Assembly: GCA_964234715.1 (NCBI GenBank)
Contig: OZ174289.1
Length of the DNA stretch: 64,000 nt
Source: Podarcis melisellensis
Lineage: Eukaryota
Direction: 5' to 3' (one strand)
Translations under genes and position numbers: made by a program
The notes under the pieces: model-generated
What the model saw: only the letters and a program-made list of their open reading frames with translations
Told to the model about the DNA's origin: nothing
Database searches by the model: none
In this document: in pieces, positions 12,550 to 23,963 of the stretch
Layout of the letters: each line of letters starts with the position of its first letter
Position numbering within the stretch: the first letter of the stretch is position 1

Positions 12550-13480
12550 GGCGGTCAGAAATGCAGGGGGCATTTGCCCTAACAGGGCCACACAGACGGC
12601 CCGCGCCCTCCGGCACCTTACCACGTGCTGGCCTTCGGAAGTGCTGGTTCCCGCATAATCCCTCCCTGTCTTAGCAAGAGGCCCTTAATCAGCGGGCTGG
12701 AGACAAGACTCTCACTTCCCTCCCATGGGCCAAAACTCACCGGCGTTGCGGAGCTTGCGGTTCCTCAGCACGGACATGATCACCAAGACGTTCCCCAGGA
12801 TGTCCACGACGATCGTGAAGATGAGCACGGCCGCCAGGGAGTGGCGCGCCTCAGGGTGGAAGCGGCATTCCGGGCAGCTCGCGTTGTTGTCCAGCATCTC
12901 CCCGCAGCTCCGGCGCCGCCGCCGCCGTGCAGGTCCCGAGCAAGGGAAAGCCCTCCCCGGGACTCCCACCCCATCGGCAAAGAATCACCCGCGCCTGACT
13001 GCCCGCCCGCGGCGCGCCTGCAAAGCCTGAGCCGCCCGGTTCCCAACTCCAAAAGTTTAGCTAGCCTGGAAAGAGCGACGGGTCCTCCCCCTTTGTGCCT
13101 TCCCCTTCTTTCGGTAAGCGTCTCAAACTACGCGGGGTAGCATGGAGGCGGGCGTTTCTCCCGTCACCTGCCTTTCCCGAAGCGCCGGGAAGGAGGTACC
13201 CAAACGTTGCGCTTTTGTCTCTCGCAGGCTGGCAAAAAAGACAAAAACGCACACAGACGCTCACGCCCCTATTTCCAGGAGCGTCGAATAAGTCGGGAAA
13301 CCCTCCCACCTCAGAGGGCGCCTCCTTGGGCTACCCTCCTGGGACAGCGCGGCTGTGCCCTCCTTTCCTATCCTTGAGCCGTGCGTAAAAATGGGGACTT
13401 TGGAGAAGCTTGTTGGAATACGGCAAACGCTAGTTTGCCGTGCGCCTTGCAGGCTTTCCGCGTTGCGCGGAGCTGGGGAT
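12550..13480. promoter_or_regulatory. CpG island / promoter and 5' UTR of MTNR1C
   Basis: Sharp rise in GC and CpG density around exon 1 compared with CpG-depleted flanks; (GCC)n run at about 12911-12927 just 5' of the ATG. Confidence 0.8.
12741..12897 (-). CDS. MTNR1C: Melatonin receptor type 1C (Mel1c; GPR50 orthologue), coding exon 1 (N-terminus, TM1, ICL1)
   Basis: ATG at 12897 (gggagATGc) reads MLDNNASCPECRFHPEARHSLAAVLIFTIVVDILGNVLVIMSVLRNRKLRNA+G, then a GTGAGT donor at 12740. This is the phase-1 intron position after 'KLRNAG' typical of melatonin receptors. The N-glycosylation site followed by CxxCR resembles Mel1c N-termini. Same strand as, and downstream of, HMGB3, as for GPR50/Mel1c. 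Exon 2 is not in the window (intron >12.7 kb). Confidence 0.92.
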
Positions 13481-14011
13481 GATCTACTGCTCTCTAGCCA
13501 GCTGCAAGGATTGCAGGCTCAAATATGCTTTCCCACTTCTACCTGTTCCTCCTCTGCCACAGAAAGGAAGGGAGAGAGCCAGGATGGTTAAGAGTGTTGG
13601 TCGTTCGCCACTTAGCCATCATGAAGCTCATTGGGTGACCTTGGGCCAGGGACTGCCTCTCAGCCTAACCTGCCCACACAAGGTTGTTCTTAGGGGAAAA
13701 TGGGCAGTGGGAGGGGACCCATGTGACACCCCCTTGAGTTCCTTGGAGGAGGGGGCTGGCCATACAATAACAACAGGAATAATAATGTGAAATGTGAATG
13801 CTGTCCATAGAGGCAAAGTGCCTTCCATATTGACTCTTCCATGCCTGCTAAAGATAATCCTCTTCCAACAAGTCTTCTAAAATCTCAGTTGGTATCTGTC
13901 TTCAATCTGAATTGATTTTAAGGATGTGCTGATGTTTTAAACTGGTTTTTTTTAATATTTAGAGTTGTGTTTTAATTGTTTTAATATATTTAATATATTT
14001 TTATTGCCATG

Positions 14012-14154
14012 CAGCGCTCAGCTGGTAGGGCACAAGACTCTTCATCACAGGGTCCTGGGTTCAAGCCCCGCAGTCGGCAAAAGATTCCTGCATTGCAGGG
14101 GGTAGGACTAGATCGCCCTCAGGATCCCTTCCGACCCATGAGTCTATGATTCTA
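14012..14154 (+). mobile_element. tRNA(Lys)-derived SINE with CR1-type 3' end
   Basis: Degenerate tRNA-Lys-like head (GCTCAG.TGGTAG.GCA..AGACTCTT...GGGTTCAAGCCCC) fused to AGATTCCTGCATTGCAGGGGG...CTATGATTCTA. Confidence 0.75.
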
Positions 14155-14368
14155 CCTTATTATGCAGTTGTTCTTAACCATTTTATATGCAATTGTTTTT
14201 AACTTTTTTTGTTTTTGTTTTGTTAATATGGAGTAGAAATCAAAAGGTCTGCTCGCTAGGAGAAATGCAGGATGAGGATCAATAGTGAAGGGGCACATCC
14301 AGCACCAGATACAGGAATTTACACAGTAAATAGCGACACTGAAGGCAACTTCAGTTGAAGGCAACTGA

Positions 14369-14776
14369 CAGAGCTATCTTTAGCCGATATGGCACGGGCG
14401 TGCAAATATCCACCCAGCACCCCCAAATTACCATGGATAGTGTTGGGTTGGCTGTAGCTGCACACTGCCAGCCATCTGGGGGGACGCAACTCTCCCCCAT
14501 GCCACTGCGGGAGAGTGATCCTCTCAGAGGCTTAGGAGTGAAGTTGCGCCCCTCCCAAGCCACCTCGGGAGGAGAGTGATCCCCGCAGATGCTTGGGAGG
14601 CTTGGGAGGCAAGCTGTGCCCCCCCGGGCACAGCTGGCAGGGCGCAGCTGGCAGATGTGCAGGGAAAGGGGAGGCTGCCAGCAAAGCCACGCAGCTCCCC
14701 CACTTGCTGGGGCACCCCTGAGAGGCTGGTGCCCTGGCACGACGCACCACTAAGCCCTATGGGAAAGACGGCTCTG
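14369..14776. mobile_element. hAT-type non-autonomous element
   Basis: Imperfect 13-bp TIR CAGAGCTATCTTT / AAAGACGGCTCTG; degenerate 8-bp TSD (GCAACTGA vs GTGACAGA); GC-rich interior. Confidence 0.55.
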
Positions 14777-17700
14777 GTGACAGAGGCCCACAGAAGCAAA
14801 GGGAGAAAAGGTTTTTTCTTTCAAGCTTTCCGTCCTTTCGGATTCCAGCAGACCTTCAAGCTTGCGACATAAGCAAGCATTGCAAACCCAAATGCTGCAG
14901 CTGTGCCACCCAGTGCAAACCTTGGAGGAGATAAGATCCCTGCTGGATCCATCTAGATCCATCTAGTTCAGCCTTCCTCAACTGATGTTTTGGCTCCCAT
15001 CAGCCAAAGAACCCCACACACGCACAATGCAGAAGAAGGAAAAATAATTACCACCACCTCTTTCCCCCCCACACCTCTTTCTCCCCACATCTTCCCAACG
15101 AGTCACACCAGTGTCTCAACACCAAATGTAACTGACCTATAGACAGGACTCTATGAACTAAAAACAGAGATGTTAGATGTACCTTTGTTATCTGTGGAAA
15201 ATCTTTCAATGGAAACAATTATATATACGAAAAAAATGGTTTCAAAAGGTGATGAGACTTGCAGGAGGGGAGAACGCTGCTACATTCAGGTCCTGCTTGC
15301 AGGTTTCCCAGAAGCCTCTGTTTTGCCCCTGTGAAAAGCTGGAATAGATGTGGGACCACTGGCCTGATCCAGAAGGGCTCTCCTTTTGTTCTTGTGAGAT
15401 GGTGAGATGAGACTGGGGTGGCTCAACCAACCAAATTAATTTTAACAGGGGCTGGTCCAAGACATTTTGCTACCTGAAGTGAAGGGCAAGCCTCTCCACT
15501 GCACATACCAAATCCAGTCATATTGGCCTTTGACACTCTCCTTAGCAATAGGACCATGTTGTCTGCTGCACCTGAGAGCAGTAGGCTAGTTTAGCGGGCG
15601 AAGGGAGGCACACACAGGTCTGTCCACTCCTTGAATCTCAGCATTTGCCACCTGAGGCAGATGAATTATTCTGATTCATGGTAGGACCGGCCTACCAATT
15701 AAACTTGCATATTTGTAAAACAAACATTCCAAAGTGGGGGGAAAGCAGCCTTTTTATTTTTAGATACATATGTATGTGCCATCAGGCATATCTCAGAAGA
15801 ACTTACTTTGTTGTGTGCAAGAAAAAGGGAGATCTCTTTTTTAAGACAGTGTTTTGGCACCTACCATCTTTGTAGATATTTGAATTAAAATTCCATATGA
15901 ACAAACTTGAGCCCAATTAACCAGGGCAGCCCTCATAATAGCATTTAAGGTTGCCTCCAGATTATCAGTGTTTTGTAGGAGGGAGTCTAGTGCATTATGG
16001 AATGTTAGGCTTGTGCAGTTAAGGTGGATTGTCTTGCTGAAACAAAGCCACTTTCAAAAAAGGACTTTTGCAGTTTGGAAAGTGACAGGGATGAAAAGTG
16101 TGCCAATGAATCAGAAGGAATGCCCATATGACTACCCTGTGAACAAATCAGTACAACTGCTCAGTAATGTTCAGATATGATCTAACCTCTGCCTAAGTTT
16201 TGTTCCAGGAAATCAGGATGAATGATCAATAAATATGGTGGGCCTTAGGAAGATAAGGGATGGGCACAATGAATTTGGAGCAACAAGTCTGAATATCACC
16301 TGTGTGATTTAGTCTTTATCTTCGCAAGTAGAGGAGGAGTGGGGAACCTCTGGTCATGGGCCAATCTTGGTCCCCAGTGGGTCCAAATTTGGCCTGTAAA
16401 GCCATTTTTCAAACCCATGCCCAACTGTCAATCAAGTAGCATCCCTTCGATAAGTGGGTGAGATTAGTGGATGGGGTGATCAGGGATCTGGTGTGCACAG
16501 CCAAAACAGCTTCATCTCCAACTTTCAACTGGTTAAATCCTGCTCAGACGACTGCAGAGATCAGGGCTGAACTCTCCGCTCAGTCCTTATCAGTACTTCA
16601 TTATGGCATGAGATGATGGACAGGGGTGGTGGTGCTATGCACCTGTCAAAGTTGCTCCACGTAAGCCAAAAAGGTTCCTCACCCCTCTCTCAGCTGCCGC
16701 ACCCTGCCTGCTCCTCTCCCCTCCCGCAATTGTCTGTAGGAAATTTGGCACATTTCACAGCATGCCCTTGAGCACATGCTCCCTCTCTCGTTCTCATGTT
16801 GCTGCTTCCACTTCTCTTCCACTCCCAGATACTAATTTGCATTAATTAATCATCAGCTAAAAATACCACCAGTGTTTATCTTCATCTTCAAAGCACGGGT
16901 CACATCACCCAGGATGCTGGCACTTATATTTAGCACCTAGTCCTCCCCTCCCCCTCTCCCAGAAGAGGAGAGTTAGCATTTGTTTCTCGTTTGCAGGTGC
17001 TGTTCAGCATAATCTAATATACACTTCTCTTTTAAAACACACACACACAAAAAAAAACCTATTGCCTTAATAATTGCTCTAGCACTTGGCCATAGAGCTG
17101 TTTTGTGGTGCTGAATGGGGGAGAGAGGAGAGCAGTGGTGAGAAGACGTGAATGGGAAGAGGTAACCCATAAAACAGATCAGAAAAGAATGAGGCAGCTT
17201 TCGGAGCCCCCGAGGGAATATACATTTCACCAAGCAAAAGTGCTGGAAGTCTCAGAACACAGGATAGTTTATCCTGGGAAGGAAGCTGTTTGATGGCGCC
17301 ACCGTGTGGCCTTTAGCAAACTTGCTCTTAGATTATTGTTGTTATTATTCAGCACAAAATTTGTGAGAGCCTCTCCCAAGGGGCTTTGGGGCCCTAGGGG
17401 ATTCTATTGCCTTGGGTGGGAGGGGGGACGGAACCCTGGAGAACTCTTCACTCAGAGCAGTTTAGAGCTCTTCTGAGATCTATTAAAGCAGTTTTTCTTC
17501 CCTGTTAATCTCTCTATCATCAGTTGTGTAATTACCATCCCCCTTAAGTCAATTATTTCACTCCTTGGCTCACCATTGGGGAAGCCAGCCCCATAAATGC
17601 TGTCTTTTCCTTCTTTCCTTAAGTTGCTATGACAAAGGTTTGCCTGCAGGTTAGCTCACCTTCTTCTTTTGTTCTTTATTATTATTATTATCATTGATTT

Positions 17701-18191
17701 TTAATTTCCAGCAACAAAACATACTTGTACGATGAATACAGAGTTTAGCAGCTTACAGAAAAGAAAGAAAAACAGAGGCTGGTGGTTGTAGTTTTTGATG
17801 TTTCAAGAAAGGCAATTAAATAAAAGTGTCTCTCCATCGTGTTCTGTGAGTCGATGGAGGGTGAAAACCATTTTGATTGTCTTAACAAAGTCAATAAAAG
17901 GATACCATGTCGTACAGAAGGTGTGAGTCCTTTACCCCCCAAGATCAATATTCTTTTTGTGAAATGGTTAATTTGTCCATAAGCACAGCATCCCAGGCTT
18001 GCAAAACTCATGCTTCAAAAAGATTTGCATTAAAAGTTTTCTAGTTTTTCACAATAACTAATCTAGCTGCAGTTAATAAACGGATGTGGTCTTTATTGGT
18101 TGTGTACTTAATCTGATGAGTAAAATTAGATAATTGGGCTCTTCTTTATGCTATTCTTGTTTTAATCCTGTATAGAGAATTTTAGAGTCCC

Positions 18192-19392
18192 TTGTCATTG
18201 TTGTTGTCATTTAGTCGTGTCCGACTCTTCGTGACCCCATGGACCAGAGCATGCCAGGCACTCCTGTCTTCCACTGCCTCCCACAGTTTGGTCAAACACA
18301 TGCTGGTAGCTTCGAGAACACTGTCCCACCATCTCGTCCTCTGTCGTCCCCTTCTCCTTGTGCCCTCAATCTTTCCCAACATCAGGGTCTTTTCCAGGGA
18401 GTCTTCTCTTCTCATGAGGTGGCCAAAGTATTGGAGCCTCAGCTTCACGATCTGTCCTTCCAGTGAGCACTCAGGGCTGATTTCCTTAAGAATGGATAGG
18501 TTTGATCTTCTTGCAGTCCATGGGACTCTCAAGAGTCTCCTCCAGCACCATAATTCAAAAGCATCAATTCTTCAGAGATCAGCCTTCTTTGTGGCCCAGC
18601 TCTCACTTCCATACATCACTACTGGGAAAACCATAGCTTTAACTCTACGGACCTTTGTTGGCAAGGTGCTGTCTCTGCTTTTTAAGATGCTGTCTAGGTT
18701 TGTCATTGCCTTTCTCCCAAGAAGCAGGCGTCTTTTAATTTCATCACTGCTGTCACCATCTGTAGTGATCATGGAGCCCAAGAAAGTAAAATCTCCCACT
18801 GCCTCCATTTCTTCCCCTTCTATTTGCCAGGAGGTGATGGGACCAGTGGCCATGATCTTCGTTTTTTTTGATGTTGAGCTTCAGACCATATTTTGTGCTC
18901 TCCTCTTTCACCCTCATTAAAAGGTTCTTTAATTCCTCCTCACTTTCTGCCATCAAGGTTGTGTCATCTGCATATCTGAGGTTGTTGATATTTCTTCCGG
19001 CAATCTTAATTCTGGCTTGGGATTCATCCAGCCCAGCATGATGAATTCTGCATATAAGTTGAATAAGCAGGGAGACAAAATACAGCCTTGTCATACTCCT
19101 TTTCCAATATTGAACCAATCAGTTGTTCCATATCCAGTTCTAACTGTAGCTTCTTGTCCCACATAGAGATTTCTCAGGAGACAGGTGAGGTGATCAGGCA
19201 CTCCCATTTCTTTAAGAACTTGCCATAATTTGCCTTGGTCGACACAGTCAAAGGCTTTTGCATAGTCAATGAAGTAGAAGTAGATGTCTTTCTGGAACTC
19301 TCTAGCTTTCTCCATAATCCAGCGCATGTTTGCAATTTGGTCTCTGGTTCCTCTGCCCCTTTGAAATCCAGCTTGCACTTCTGGGAGTTCTC
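18192..19392 (-). mobile_element. BovB (RTE clade) LINE, 5'-truncated, frameshifted ORF
   Basis: Peptides QAGFQRGRGTRDQIAN, IDYAKAFDCVD, NINNLRYADDTTLMAESEEELK, KAMVFPVVMYGSESW, RVPWTARRSNLSILKEISPECSLEG...VHGVTKSRTRL; (CAA)n-like tail at the left end. Confidence 0.95.
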
Positions 19393-20310
19393 TTGCTTGG
19401 TGGTCCCTAAATGTTCATGCCACTGCCTGCTTGGTTCCATCAATTAAGCCCCAGTGTCCCCTACCCACCTCTCTTCCTCCAACTGGGGCCACCCTGTTCA
19501 TCCTTTTCTAGCCTCCTTGACTCACCTCTGCACCTGACTGTTGAGATGACAGTGCACCAGTCCATCCTGGCAGAATTACAAAAAAGAAGTGTTGCTTATG
19601 TATCTATTGTCAGCATCATTCCATGAGTGTGCGTGGTGCCTTGCAAAGTACAAGAGGACAGGACCCTGCCCTGGAAGGGATTGCAAATAAAACACCACAC
19701 AGAAGCACAAACAGCAGAAGAAAATGAAGGAAACAGAGGTGGAGAACCCCAGCATCACTCGCAGCGAAGACCTGGTGAAAGTGGGTGTCCCCGCAGACAG
19801 GATTGGAGGGCCCCGATCTAAATGTAAATGAAATGAAATAAATGAAATAAAATAAACAGGTGAAGAATATAGGGAATGCTCTTCCTTGTTAAGGCCCGCC
19901 TGGTCCCTTTGCTAACATCTTTTCGGTGTCAGACAAAGTCTTACCTTTTTCCCTCCAGGTTTTTGATGGGCTGAGCTGATTTCTATATTTATTGGTTTGT
20001 TGCATCTCTGTCTCACCTTTCCGCCAAGGAGCCGTATATAGTTCTCCTCTCCGTTTCATCCTCAAAACAACCCTGCCAGGTAGGTTAGGCTGAGAGTGAG
20101 TGACTGGTCCTGGGTCACCCAGGGAGCTTCATGGTTAAGCGAGGATTTGAACCCTGGTCTCCCAGGTCCTAGTCCAACATTCTAACCACTGTGCCACACT
20201 GCTGCTGCAGGTACCACTGTAGGGGAGAAATTGTGAATCACCTTTGATTGATGGAAGATATTTTTAAAAATATAAATGACTAGTGTACCTTATACTTCAC
20301 AGAAGGAATA

Positions 20311-20551
20311 CAGTGGTACCGCGGGTTACATACGCTTCAGGTTACATACGCTTCAGGTTACATACGCTTCAGGTTGCAGACTCCACTAACCCAGAAATAG
20401 TGCTTCAGGTTAAGAACTTTGCTTCAGGATGAGAAGGGAAATCGTGCTCCGGCGGTGCAGCAGCAGGAGGAGGCCCCATTAGCTAAAGTGGTGCTTCAGG
20501 TTAAGTACGGACCTCTGGAACGAATTAAGTACTTAACCTGAGGTACTACTG
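20311..20551. mobile_element. Tigger/pogo-like MITE
   Basis: TA|CAGTGGTACC...GGTACTACTG|TA; internal 16-bp unit GGTTACATACGCTTCA repeated 3 times (20324-20371). Confidence 0.85.
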
Positions 20552-20651
20552 TACAAATAAAGGAAATTGGCTGATAAGAAGGGGGGAAGGGGAATGCCTT
20601 AAAAATATCAATGTAACTCTACACAAATCATACCGTTTGACGTGCACACTT

Positions 20652-20967
20652 ACCACAGAGTCTAGGACTTGCCAATCAGAAGGTCGGTGGTTCAAATCCC
20701 CGCGACAGGGTGAGTTCCCATTGCTCGGTCCCTGCTCCTGCCAATCTAGCAGTTCGAAAGCACGTCAAAGTGCAAGTAGATAAATAGGTACCACTTCGGC
20801 GGGTTAAACGCTGCTCTGGTTCACCAGAAGCGGCTTAGTCATGCTGGCCACATGACCCGGAAGCTGTACGCCGGCTCCCTCGGTCAGTAAAGCGAGATGA
20901 GCACTGCAACCCCAGAGTTGGTCACGACTGGACCTAGTGGTCAGGGGCCCCTTTACCTTTATCTTTA
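20652..20967 (+). mobile_element. Sauria SINE (5' end clipped)
   Basis: B-box GGTTCAAATCC, conserved core GCAAGTAGATAAATAGGTAC and CTTAGTCATGCTGGCCACATGACC, (ACCTTT)n tail. Confidence 0.9.
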
Positions 20968-21009
20968 AGCAGCTCTGGGACTATGGGGGCAGGATGAGGA
21001 AGGGAAAAC

Positions 21010-23363
21010 CTGAGAAATAATGTTTTCCTATCTTTTCAATATGCTCATTAAAAATGCCTCAGATTTTTTTTTTCCTAGAGGAATTTTGAGTATGTTTTAA
21101 ATTCCTCATGCACACAACTCCATTTTTTTTTTAACTTCTCCGCAACCCCACCATAAGTATCATGGTTTCCTTTACCTCCTTGGATTTCCAACAAAGATTG
21201 CACCACGACTTGTATATTTTGGCAAGGTTTTGAAGGTGTTATGTGCCACCTGTAAAACATTTTCATAATGTTCTCTTTTATACAATAACAGGCGGTGAAC
21301 CTTATATCAGCCTTTAGAAGCCTATCCAACTGTTCTAGGTATATTACCTGTCCGATGTCTTGGGCCCATTTGATCTGTACTTCTTTTACTACATCATCTT
21401 TTAAGTTCCATTCCAACAATAAATCATATACTTTTGATAATATTTTTTTGTTATTTCCTAGTACAACTTTTTGTAATTTTGATTCTTCCCTTCTCAAAGC
21501 CTAATTTTTTATCCAAATTAAAGAGTTTGCTTAGTTGCTGGTATTGAAGCCAGTCTGTGAAGTGGTGCTTTATATCTTCAAATAATTTCAATTTTATCTG
21601 GTCTTCTTCTTCTTTTAATAGTTGCCTATACGTTGCCCAGTTCCCTGTCATATTTAGTTTTTTAACCGTGAAAGCCTCTAAGGGAGACAGCCACCATGGT
21701 GTGTTTGGTTCTAGTAATGGTTGATATGTAGCCCACCCTTTGTATAAAGCACTCCTGATAATATGGTTGTTAAATCCTTTGTGGACTTTTATTTTGCCAT
21801 AACTCAGGTAAGCGTGCCACCCATATCTATTATTAAAGCTCTCTAGGTCTAACATAGCTAATTTTCCCAATAAAATCCAATCCTTTATCCAGATTAAACA
21901 CTCAGCTTCGTAATAAATTTTGAAATTTGGCCACACACATCCTCCTCTCTCTTTCTTACCCATCAATAGTTTGTAACTGATGCGCAGTTTCTTTCCTTGC
22001 CAGATCAATTTTGTTAAAACTTTCCTCCAATTCTCGAAACAATCTTATTTTTGTTATGATTGGAATCATCTGAAAGAGGCAAAATGGGCAATATATTCAT
22101 TTTTATTACTGAAATTCTTCCCCAGAATGATAGTTTCAATCTTGACCAGATTTCTAGAGCTCTTCTTATTTCTTTCCAGGTTTTTTTATAATAATTTTTA
22201 TTAAGTTTTCCATTAAACAATCCAATCATATCACATTAATTATTCCAAATTACACCAATACAAATCATAAAATCTGAATATTTTGGCAAATTATAAATTT
22301 TGTTGGGGGTTCCCATGCTTCGAGTTCAGTAGGGTCCGATCATCTCATATTTGTGCTGCTTTTAATGTTCACCAGTCCCATCTACCAATCTTCTTGTTGT
22401 TATCCTTTTTCTTCTTAATAGCTTCTGAGTTGTTTTCACAGGCGAGTTAAAATAAACAATATTATACTTCTGTGCGAACTTTGTAAGGCTCTCCCTTTTT
22501 TTTTTTTTAGAACTGGTAAGTCTTTTGATTGTCCTCATACAAATTAATGTTTTACATTGTAATTAGGATGCCCAAATATTTTGCTTTTTTGATTATTTCC
22601 AATCCTGTTATTTTTCTCAAATCTTTTTTTTTTTCTTCCTCCTGCATATTTTTGACCATTAGTTTTGTTTTGGCTTTGTTGAGTCTGAATCCCGACACTT
22701 CACCAAATTCTATTATTTTTTCTAAAGATTTAGGGATGCTTTTTTTTTATCTTCTACTGTTAATATTATATCATCAGCTTGAAGGACCTTTTCCCTAACG
22801 TAATCCTCTTGATTTCTTCCTCCTTCCTTGTTACCAAATTTAATATATCTAATATTAATATGAACAAGTAACAGGGATAAGGGACAGCCTTGTCTTGTTC
22901 CTCTTTCTACAGAAATATAGAAAGGCTCCTACTTGCTAAAATCTGGAAAGGAAACTACATAGCTACAAAGGAAGATTGTCTAAATAAACTTTTAGAATTT
23001 ATTGAGTTGGCAAAATTAACTGCAATAATAAGATATCAAACAAGCCAGAAACTAAGGTCACAATGGAAATGGTTTGAAGAATACATGAGCAAACACTGTT
23101 CTAAAGACAACATGCTGATATGTTTAGATTAAGTTTGTAAAGTTGACTCAGAAAACGAAATATTAGTAAAACAACAATACCAAGGATGAGAGAGACAAAC
23201 TGCAATTTGCATTAGAACATAAAAAAAAGAAATGACAAATAATGATGGAGGGAAGTGACTTAAATGTAGTATTTATGTTGGTGTTTCTGCATTGCTTGTA
23301 TTTAAGTTTTGGTATATGTGTGGTTGTATGGGCATTGTAAATAATAATAAAATAAACAAAGGA
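21010..23363. mobile_element. L1-clade LINE with inverted 5' segment (minus 21010-~22920; plus ~22921-23363)
   Basis: Minus strand: RGTRQGCPLS, ADD, KYLGI, WGRISVIKMNILP, IWQGKK, WAQDIG, KSEAF. Plus strand: RLLLAKIWK...WKWFEEY, then 3' UTR and A-rich tail. 13-bp TSD AGGAAGGGAAAAC at 20997-21009 and 23364-23376. Confidence 0.85.
22195..22527 (-). mobile_element. Nested insertion (probable L1 3'-UTR fragment) within the inverted L1
   Basis: Host ORF2 is interrupted between INLYEDN (about 22528) and YYKKTWKEI (about 22190); the insert ends in AATAAA/A-rich sequence on the minus strand. Confidence 0.5.
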
Positions 23364-23455
23364 AGGAAGGGAAAACTTAACTTCACTCTATCCACACCAT
23401 GGTTGTCACAAGGCCCCATGGGGAGAAGGACTGACTGCTAAACTACTTTGTAGCT

Positions 23456-23963
23456 CTCAAGACAGATAAACCTGTAGGAGAACACTTCAGTCTCCCAGGG
23501 CATTCAAAACAAGATCTCAAAGCTGCTGTCTTATTACAAGAGAATTTCAGAAATAGACTTGAAAGAGAAGTTGCTGAATTACATCTTACCACCAAACTGA
23601 AAACTATGGAGAGGCCTGGTCTGAAGAGAGATATTGGATTCTAGTCTCATTACACATGCATATGCATGCTATCCCTTGCTTTTTCCTGTTGGACTAATTG
23701 CAGTCGTTAACAGTAATCAACAGGTTTACTATACCCATTGGGCCAATCACCCATCTCCTACTACCCTTCTGAGAAATACCCCACCCTCCCACTATATATA
23801 AGGGTCTGGTGACTTCTGTTTCAGTGTATCTGAAGAAGTGTGCATGTACACGAAAGCTTATACAGTACCAGAACAAACTTAGTTGGTCTATAAGGTGCTA
23901 TTGGACAATTTTTTATATTTTTATTTCGACTGCATTGGACCAACACGGCTACCTTCATGAATC
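23456..23963 (+). mobile_element. Penelope-like element 3' fragment (GIY-YIG C-terminus plus pLTR)
   Basis: Frame from 23462 reads TDKPVGEHFSLPGHSKQDLKAAVLLQENFRNRLEREVAELHLTTKLKTMERPGLKRDIGF*SHY, typical of vertebrate Penelope GIY-YIG ends; candidate TSD TGTAGCT (23449-23455, 23964-23970). Confidence 0.85.
23825..23864 (+). ncRNA. Minimal type I hammerhead ribozyme motif in Penelope pLTR
   Basis: Stem I TGTAT/ATACA; core CTGAAGA; stem II GTGTG-CATG-TACAC; GAAA; palindromic minimal stem III AGCT; H17=T. Confidence 0.7.

Noticed and set aside
1-12700. Search for Mel1c exon 2 (expected to begin near NxFVVSLxxADL)
   Set aside because: No such peptide in the minus-strand ORFs; exon 2 must lie beyond the left edge.
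12898-12969. In-frame N-terminal extension of Mel1c (GVPGRAFPCSGPARRRRRRSCGE)
   Set aside because: It starts at GTG, not ATG; the Arg run is just the (GCC)n leader; the ATG at 12897 has good context and matches the expected N-terminus length.
12625-13140. 171-aa plus-strand ORF and other ORFs over the CpG island
   Set aside because: Antisense shadows of the GC-rich receptor exon; no recognisable protein.
14012-14078. tRNA-Lys-like sequence (also tRNA-like heads at about 2490-2550, 11545-11605, 47860-47920, 53578-53640)
   Set aside because: Stems are degenerate and fused to LINE-derived tails; these are SINE heads, not tRNA genes.
18192-18920. 242-aa plus-strand ORF
   Set aside because: Antisense frame of BovB; the same artefact recurs at 40795-41205.
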